Origin: an uncultured archaeon
GTDB lineage: Archaea > Asgardarchaeota > Thorarchaeia > Thorarchaeales > Thorarchaeaceae
Direction: 5' to 3'
NCBI GenBank assembly: GCA_964354495.1
Contig: CAYHAA010000001.1
Span: 188,075 to 220,074 of the forward strand
DNA: 32,000 nucleotides
This document shows positions 26,794 through 32,000 of this stretch, one piece after another. The position numbers and the translations under genes were made by a program. Position 1 is the stretch's first letter. Each line of letters starts with the position of its first letter. The notes under the pieces were generated by a model. That model ran no database searches. It had not been told where the DNA came from and saw only the letters and a list, made by a program, of their open reading frames with translations.

Positions 26794-27360
26794 ATGGTAA
26801 CTGCACTATTCAAGGTCGTACTCATGGGAGATGGAAGCGTCGGAAAGACGAGTCTCCGTAGGACCTACATGGGAGAAGGATTCCGAGCCAACTACATGAT
26901 CACCATTGGTGCTGACTTTGCAGTGAAGAAGATGCAGCTTCATGGCGGCCATGATGTAAGCATTCAGATCTGGGATCTCGCAGGACAGGAACACTTCAAG
27001 AGTGTACGTTCCACCTTCTACCGTGGAGCTCAGGGTGCACTTGCGGTGTATTCAACTGTCGAGCGGGGATCTTTTGATAACCTTATGAATTGGGTGGACG
27101 AGTGCTGGACCAATGCTGGCAAGAAGATACCAATCGTACTGATTGCGAACAAGACTGACCTTCGAGACCAGTTCAAGGACAATCCAGTCATGGCGAAGAC
27201 CATCGTGACCACAAAAGAAGGTCAGAAACTGGCAGACAAGATTGCAGGCTATGGTGTAATCACATCCTTCCTTGAAACGAGTGCAAAGACAGGAATAAAT
27301 GTAGAGGCTGCCTTCCTAGAACTGGCAATCAAGATTCTGGAAGCTGGTGGACTGGCCTAA
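26794..27360 (+). CDS. Rab-like small GTPase 1
   Basis: GDGSVGKT, TIGADF, WDLAGQ, FYRGA, NKTD, ETSAK; no C-terminal Cys motif. Start placed at ATG 26794. Confidence 0.92.
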   Translation: MVTALFKVVLMGDGSVGKTSLRRTYMGEGFRANYMITIGADFAVKKMQLHGGHDVSIQIWDLAGQEHFKSVRSTFYRGAQGALAVYSTVERGSFDNLMNWVDECWTNAGKKIPIVLIANKTDLRDQFKDNPVMAKTIVTTKEGQKLADKIAGYGVITSFLETSAKTGINVEAAFLELAIKILEAGGLA

Positions 27361-27370
27361 TCACAGTCCA

Positions 27371-28591
27371 TCAATCATCTTCTAACACTCCAAGGTTTCT
27401 CTGTATCGTTTCAAAAAGATCACTAGCAGCAGTCTGGAGTATCTCTGCATCGTCCGCAAAGATGTCAATCCGGATTCTGGATAGGCTGTCTTCCTTTTTG
27501 CCAACAACAGTTGTTGTGACTGCAATTCTGGTTCCACTGAATTTGCCCCTTGCTAGTCCTGCTTCAACTCCCATGAATACTCCTCCCCTCTCTAGAACAT
27601 CATTTTGGAATACGTAGAGGTTCTTGCCTTCTAGAATTGGCTGTATGGACTTGAAGAAGCCTGTTGCCTCTGCAAGTACAGTATGCTCCCGGTTCCATTG
27701 TTTCATCTTCGACTTCATATGGACGAACTCATCGGATGTTGTTTCAAGAGGGATGAACCGCTCAAACAAAGAGCGCACAAAGACATTTCCTGCCTTTGCT
27801 GAGAGATCCTCACCTTTAGAGTCCATAAGGTGCACAGAAGTGATGATCTCTCCTTCTATACACTCACCATGAATTGTGAAACCAAAGATGAGCGAGCCAC
27901 TCTGCCCTTGGTCGATGAACTCTATTGTTTGTGCCAACGGATCGACTGGCACAAGGGACTCCTGTGGATATGCAAGGATTTTCACAGTGATGTCGCTTAT
28001 CGGAGTGTCCATCTCATTCTTTATAGTGATGCCATACTCCAATGTTTCAGAGGTAGTTGTGTACTGGTTCACGATAAGGACATCATCCGTTGTCCGGAGA
28101 GGAATCGTATCAGTATCGAGAAGCAGCTCGGTTGGGTCCTCTCGCGATTTTGCTGATGGTTTGCTTTTTCGCGCCTCTTTGCCATATTTCATGAGCCATT
28201 CTAGGGCGAATTCTACTACCTCTTTCACCGTTGAATCATTATCACTAGTATGTTTCTTGAGAATAGGTACAGCATCACTTCTGTTCGTGTGTGCCAACAT
28301 ACCTGCTGCTACTGTTCGTATCAGCGGGTTTTCATTGTTCAGAGCAATGTCCAGAGAATCGAACGCATCAGCACCAAACTCTCCCAATCTGCAGACTGCG
28401 AGTAGTTGCAGATCTTCATCACCAGTCAGAGCTGCGTCTCTACACGCCTGAATGCTCATGACCTCTCTCAACATCCTCTCTATTTTATCTTCAGTCGGCT
28501 TGAAGATTCGCTTTATTGCTTTCTTTAACCCACTGACTGATTCTCCACCACCAAGCGCTTCTGACACTACTCTATCAGGTTTTTGGGGCAA
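27371..28591 (-). CDS. HEAT-repeat protein with a C-terminal adaptin/coatomer appendage-like region (Ig-like sandwich plus platform)
   Basis: HEAT-type repeats (LLAVCRLGEFG; LIRTVAAGMLAH; VKEVVEFALEW), linker, beta-rich domain (YGITIKNE..TPISDITV), then FERFIPLETTSDEF...RIRIDIFADD. HEAT call is firm; appendage call is by eye. Confidence 0.7.
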   Translation of the reverse strand: MPQKPDRVVSEALGGGESVSGLKKAIKRIFKPTEDKIERMLREVMSIQACRDAALTGDEDLQLLAVCRLGEFGADAFDSLDIALNNENPLIRTVAAGMLAHTNRSDAVPILKKHTSDNDSTVKEVVEFALEWLMKYGKEARKSKPSAKSREDPTELLLDTDTIPLRTTDDVLIVNQYTTTSETLEYGITIKNEMDTPISDITVKILAYPQESLVPVDPLAQTIEFIDQGQSGSLIFGFTIHGECIEGEIITSVHLMDSKGEDLSAKAGNVFVRSLFERFIPLETTSDEFVHMKSKMKQWNREHTVLAEATGFFKSIQPILEGKNLYVFQNDVLERGGVFMGVEAGLARGKFSGTRIAVTTTVVGKKEDSLSRIRIDIFADDAEILQTAASDLFETIQRNLGVLEDD

Positions 28592-28752
28592 GGAATTACC
28601 TTCGAGGCATCTCGCTCTTGTTTTGGTATTTAATCATTATTGTGCGTGAAGTGAAACCTGTCATCTGCAACACAGGTACCGAGCTTTGTCTGCATTCACA
28701 ACACTTTTACGGCATCCCTGAATTCTTTCTCTGTCAATCGGCCTTGCGTGTG

Positions 28753-29883
28753 ATGTCAATGGGGAACGATGAACAAGACATTTTCTTGAAACCCACCATC
28801 CTTAAGCCACCAGCTGAACATGGCTCCGAGATAACGCGTCGTTTTACGATGAACCGTGTGGGTCGGATGTTCGCCGCAGCTCTTCAAGACCGAAGTATCC
28901 GACTCTACGCGGCTGATGACTGGACTGAGATGCAACGTATGCAGGATGACTTCCTCAGCACGTCTCTTGCCTTCAGTCCAAGAGGTGACATTGTAGCCTC
29001 GGGAACTGTAGAACGGATAGTGAAGCTATGGGACATCCGCTCGGGAGAGTGCATAGGAGCTCTTGAGGGGCATACATATCCTGTATTGTCGCTCTCATTC
29101 TCTCCTGATGGTAGCAGACTGGTGTCAGGAAGTGGTGACACATCTCTGATTATCTGGAATGTTGAAAATCGCTCGCTAGTTCGTCAGATGAAAGGCCATG
29201 GCTTCTATGTCGTGGCCGTAGACTGGGACCCACAAGGTAGCCGAATTGTTTCAGGCTCTGTAGATGCCAACATCTGCGAATGGGATGCAGAAACGGGGAA
29301 AATCATTGCACGTCACAGTGACCATCGAGCAGCAGTCAGAGAGGTTCGATTCAGCCCTGATGGTTCACTGCTTGCGTCTGGCTCATCTGATCTAACAGTG
29401 CTACTGTGGGACACCTCATACAAACCGATGAAAGTCGCACATACACTTCAACGGCATGAGAGTGAGGTCAGGGCTTTGGGCTTTAGCAGCGATGGACGTT
29501 ATCTGGCCTCCGGGTCTGGTGACAGGGTGATCTATCTTTGGGACGTTGCAACACAGACTGTTCGGGGTGAGGCATCCACAATGGGCGAGATTGACGGAAT
29601 CGAATGGTATCCCTCTCGGAGTGCTTTCCTAACCGCTGATGGCACAGGTGCTATCATTCGCTGGGACGTAGACGACATGAATGCAATGTTAGAGCCATTC
29701 CAATCCCTATTGAAAGAGATAGAAACTGCGAACGATCCGAGCCGCAAGAATGAGTTCATCAACCAATACGAAACTCTTTGTGCGCAGTATGATGAGGAAA
29801 CTCTACAGACCAAACGCATGTTCTATGTAGTATGGCAATGCAAACGTGCTCTTGGCCTATTGAAAGGAACTACACGTCAATAA
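28753..29883 (+). CDS. Seven-bladed WD40 beta-propeller protein with short helical C-terminus
   Basis: Seven repeats ending RLY, LWD, IWN, EWD, LWD, LWD and RWD, with GH/DH/RH dipeptides. Start placed at ATG 28753 (or 28759). Confidence 0.9.
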   Translation: MSMGNDEQDIFLKPTILKPPAEHGSEITRRFTMNRVGRMFAAALQDRSIRLYAADDWTEMQRMQDDFLSTSLAFSPRGDIVASGTVERIVKLWDIRSGECIGALEGHTYPVLSLSFSPDGSRLVSGSGDTSLIIWNVENRSLVRQMKGHGFYVVAVDWDPQGSRIVSGSVDANICEWDAETGKIIARHSDHRAAVREVRFSPDGSLLASGSSDLTVLLWDTSYKPMKVAHTLQRHESEVRALGFSSDGRYLASGSGDRVIYLWDVATQTVRGEASTMGEIDGIEWYPSRSAFLTADGTGAIIRWDVDDMNAMLEPFQSLLKEIETANDPSRKNEFINQYETLCAQYDEETLQTKRMFYVVWQCKRALGLLKGTTRQ

Positions 29884-29884
29884 T

Positions 29885-30439
29885 CTAGCCTTGGAATGCA
29901 GGATTAGTAGGCTTTGACCTTCCCTCTTCGATCATCGTCTTGCATAGCGTGACATATGCTTCCTCTACGTTTTCGCCAGTGAGGGCACTGGATTCAACAT
30001 ACAGGAAGCCATTCTTCTTGGCGTATTCCTCTCCTTCCTCTTTGCTCACCGCTCTGCTATCAACGAGGTCTACCTTGTTTGCTACTACGACGAGTGGAAT
30101 CTTGTCCTTCAGGTTTTTGAATGCCTCTTCTTTCCAGGCATCCGAGTTAATGAAAGTCCTCCGCCTCGTCACGTCGTAGAGCAGGAGACCACCTCTAGAC
30201 CCTCTATAGAAACCCTGCCTGACGAACTCGAAACGCGGCTGACCTGCAAGGTCCCAGATCTGCAGTGTCACATGTGCGTCCAACTCAGGTATGACAAGTC
30301 TCTTGACGGAGAAATCAGTGCCAATGGTCCTCTTGTAGTCCGCTTCAAAGTAGTCCTGAGTGAATCTAGTTGTCATGGCAGTCTTGCCGACTGCACCATC
30401 ACCGAGCATCACAATCTTGAATCGAAATTCAGCGGACAT
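29885..30439 (-). CDS. Rab-like small GTPase 2
   Basis: GDGAVGKT, TIGTDF, LQIWDLAGQ, FYRGS, LLYDVT, NKVD, ESSAL; no C-terminal Cys motif. Start placed at ATG 30439 (track: 30454). Confidence 0.92.
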   Translation of the reverse strand: MSAEFRFKIVMLGDGAVGKTAMTTRFTQDYFEADYKRTIGTDFSVKRLVIPELDAHVTLQIWDLAGQPRFEFVRQGFYRGSRGGLLLYDVTRRRTFINSDAWKEEAFKNLKDKIPLVVVANKVDLVDSRAVSKEEGEEYAKKNGFLYVESSALTGENVEEAYVTLCKTMIEEGRSKPTNPAFQG

Positions 30440-30477
30440 GAGAACGAACTCCATCTTCTTTGAGAGAGGCTTAAGGC

Positions 30478-30526
30478 ATTTAAATCTCTACTTTGAGTCA
30501 GAGGACAGGCTCAAACTATTTAATAA
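30478..30526. promoter_or_regulatory. Candidate divergent TATA boxes between GTPase 2 and roadblock
   Basis: ATTTAAAT (30478-30485) and TATTTAATAA (30517-30526) in the 135-bp divergent gap. Confidence 0.45.
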
Positions 30527-30574
30527 GCAACCACACAATTCGACAAGTACTGCAAGGACTGATGGTGTGTTCAT

Positions 30575-30958
30575 ATGGAACGACCAGATTATCGCGAACT
30601 TCCCAAGATTCTCGAGACTATGAATAGAGAGGGCAGCTATTCTGCCTCAGTTCTCGCGCGTGGAAATGGTCTACTTGTTTCATCAGCCACATCCCCCAAG
30701 ACTAACCAAGATGTGGTCGCAGCAATGTGCGGGATGATTGCTGATGTTGCTGAGCGAGTTCGAAAGGAGTTGTTTCTGGGAGAGATCAAGGACATCAGTC
30801 TTCGTTGTGCAGATGGAAAGGCGGTCTTCAAACGAGTAGGTGCTCGAGGTGATGATATATTGATTATCGGGGCAATCATGGCCCGAGATGTTCGCTATCA
30901 CTCCCGGGCAATAGGCAAGGCAACCACAAGAATCCGTATCCTTATGGGGTACAAATGA
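30575..30958 (+). CDS. Roadblock/LC7 (MglB-like) domain protein
   Basis: SVLA..NGLLVSS, VAAM...I..VAERV..EL.LGE, followed by beta strands; size is typical. Confidence 0.85.
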   Translation: MERPDYRELPKILETMNREGSYSASVLARGNGLLVSSATSPKTNQDVVAAMCGMIADVAERVRKELFLGEIKDISLRCADGKAVFKRVGARGDDILIIGAIMARDVRYHSRAIGKATTRIRILMGYK

Positions 30959-31059
30959 ACGAAGCGCCTTCTTTGGTGCAATATTACACATCTTCAAAAC
31001 ATTCAAGTGATATCTCATTCATCTAATGGTGCCGTTTCTTCACCTTAGGAGTGCGTGAC

Positions 31060-31380
31060 TTGAAGACAGAACCAATCGTGTCAGAGGCGGAGCATTCCGA
31101 CATGATTGAGATTGTTCTCTTCAAATCCGATTCATGTGCGTTCTGTCCGAGGGCTGAAGAAGTGGTGATAGAAACAATTAATGACTTTGGACCTGGTATA
31201 TTCAAGCTAACAGTCATCAATGTCAGTGAGAATCCAGAGGCTGCTGAAGAATACGGCATCTTTGCCTTACCAACAGTAATGATTGGAGGCGTATCAATCA
31301 CTGGTATTCCCGAACCGGAGATGCTTATGAAAATGGTACTCGGAGCCAAGGTCATGATGAAGAAGAAGGGTGAAACCTGA
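31060..31380 (+). CDS. Thioredoxin-fold protein (CxxC), KaiB-resembling
   Basis: CAFCP; V.V.ENPE.AEEYGI.ALPT; G.P. Start placed at TTG 31060 after AGGAG (track: 31051). Confidence 0.85.
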   Translation: MKTEPIVSEAEHSDMIEIVLFKSDSCAFCPRAEEVVIETINDFGPGIFKLTVINVSENPEAAEEYGIFALPTVMIGGVSITGIPEPEMLMKMVLGAKVMMKKKGET

Positions 31381-32000
31381 TGAGCGATTATGTAATAGAC
31401 CGAGTAAAGACTGGCATTCCAGGTCTTGATGAGCTGATAGAAGGAGGTTTTCCAAAGGGAGACACCATCCTTATTGCGGGAAAAGCTGGCACCGGCAAGA
31501 GCATACTTGCGACTCAGTTCATCTACAAAGGTGTCACTGAGTATAATGAGCCAGGAGTGTTTGTGACGCTAGAAGAGCCTCCCAGGCTGATCAGAAGGAA
31601 TATGCTCAGATTTGGTATGGACCTTCAAAAGCTCGAGAAAGAGGGCAAGATCTCAATTGTGGACCTCTCCCCCTCTAAGGAAGCCACTCCTGTCACATTG
31701 GTGGAGTATCCGAGTTTCGACCTGTCTGGTCTACAGGCGATAATAATGAATCACATCAAGAAGATCCATGCTACTCGCGTTGTACTTGATACCCTCTCGA
31801 TTATGGCTTACAAATTTCGAAGCCGGGATATTCTCAGGGAGGAATTCTTCAAGCTCGCAGCCAACATCACGCGAACTGGATGCACACTCCTGATTACGAG
31901 TGAGATTCCGGCACAAGAAACAGGATTGGGCGTCTTCGATATGGAGGCCTTCTTGGCATCAGGCGTGATAGTTCTCTATAACGAGAAGATATCCGATACA
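31380..32000 (+). CDS. KaiC/RAD55-like RecA-fold ATPase, 3' end truncated by window
   Basis: Hand translation from ATG 31380: TGIPGLDELIEGGFP, Walker A GKAGTGKS, VTLEE, Walker B RVVLD, TSE, GVIVL; open to 32000. Confidence 0.9.
   Translation, partial: MSDYVIDRVKTGIPGLDELIEGGFPKGDTILIAGKAGTGKSILATQFIYKGVTEYNEPGVFVTLEEPPRLIRRNMLRFGMDLQKLEKEGKISIVDLSPSKEATPVTLVEYPSFDLSGLQAIIMNHIKKIHATRVVLDTLSIMAYKFRSRDILREEFFKLAANITRTGCTLLITSEIPAQETGLGVFDMEAFLASGVIVLYNEKISDT

Noticed and set aside
27876-28451. 191-aa plus-strand ORF
   Set aside because: It lies antisense to the HEAT/appendage gene, is Ser-rich and has no motifs.
15445-31380. Selenocysteine or stop readthrough at TGA codons (metV, mtrH2, thioredoxin)
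   Set aside because: The stops fall at natural family C-termini, the redox motifs use Cys, and no SECIS-like element was recognised.
1-32000. tRNA, rRNA, transposase, integrase or CRISPR features
   Set aside because: None were recognised; intergenic gaps are short and lack such signatures. A tRNAscan/Infernal run would be needed to exclude small RNAs.

Overview
This is a gene-dense archaeal window. Its gene content (Rab-like GTPases, roadblock/LC7, WD40, PolB2, archaeosine TGT, MtrA/MtrH, CofE) is most consistent with an Asgard archaeon, probably Thorarchaeia; the taxon is inferred, not searched. Left to right: (1) a truncated minus-strand gene; (2) three secreted, C-terminally anchored proteins sharing a GIFT/DUF4350-like domain (one with a Zn-phospholipase C/S1-P1 domain, one with a PHP domain, one a tandem 855-bp duplication), divergent from an AfuABC/FbpABC-class ABC importer; (3) tgtA and hflX; (4) a co-oriented C1 cluster metV-metF-mtrH1-mtrA(soluble)-mtrH2-methanogenesis marker 14-cofE-larC, with no mcr or membrane mtr genes in the window; (5) polB2 with its small partner gene; (6) a Zn-ribbon protein and a eukaryotic-signature cluster Rab-like -> <- HEAT+adaptin-appendage-like | WD40 -> <- Rab-like | roadblock ->; (7) a thioredoxin/KaiB-like gene coupled to a KaiC-like ATPase that runs off the right edge. 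The best candidates for undescribed systems are the proto-coat/GTPase cassette, the two-MtrH soluble corrinoid methyl shuttle with marker 14, and the GIFT-domain phosphoester-scavenging locus. Two genes appear to start at CTG. No rRNA, tRNA, CRISPR array or mobile element was recognised. All family calls come from motif recognition by eye.
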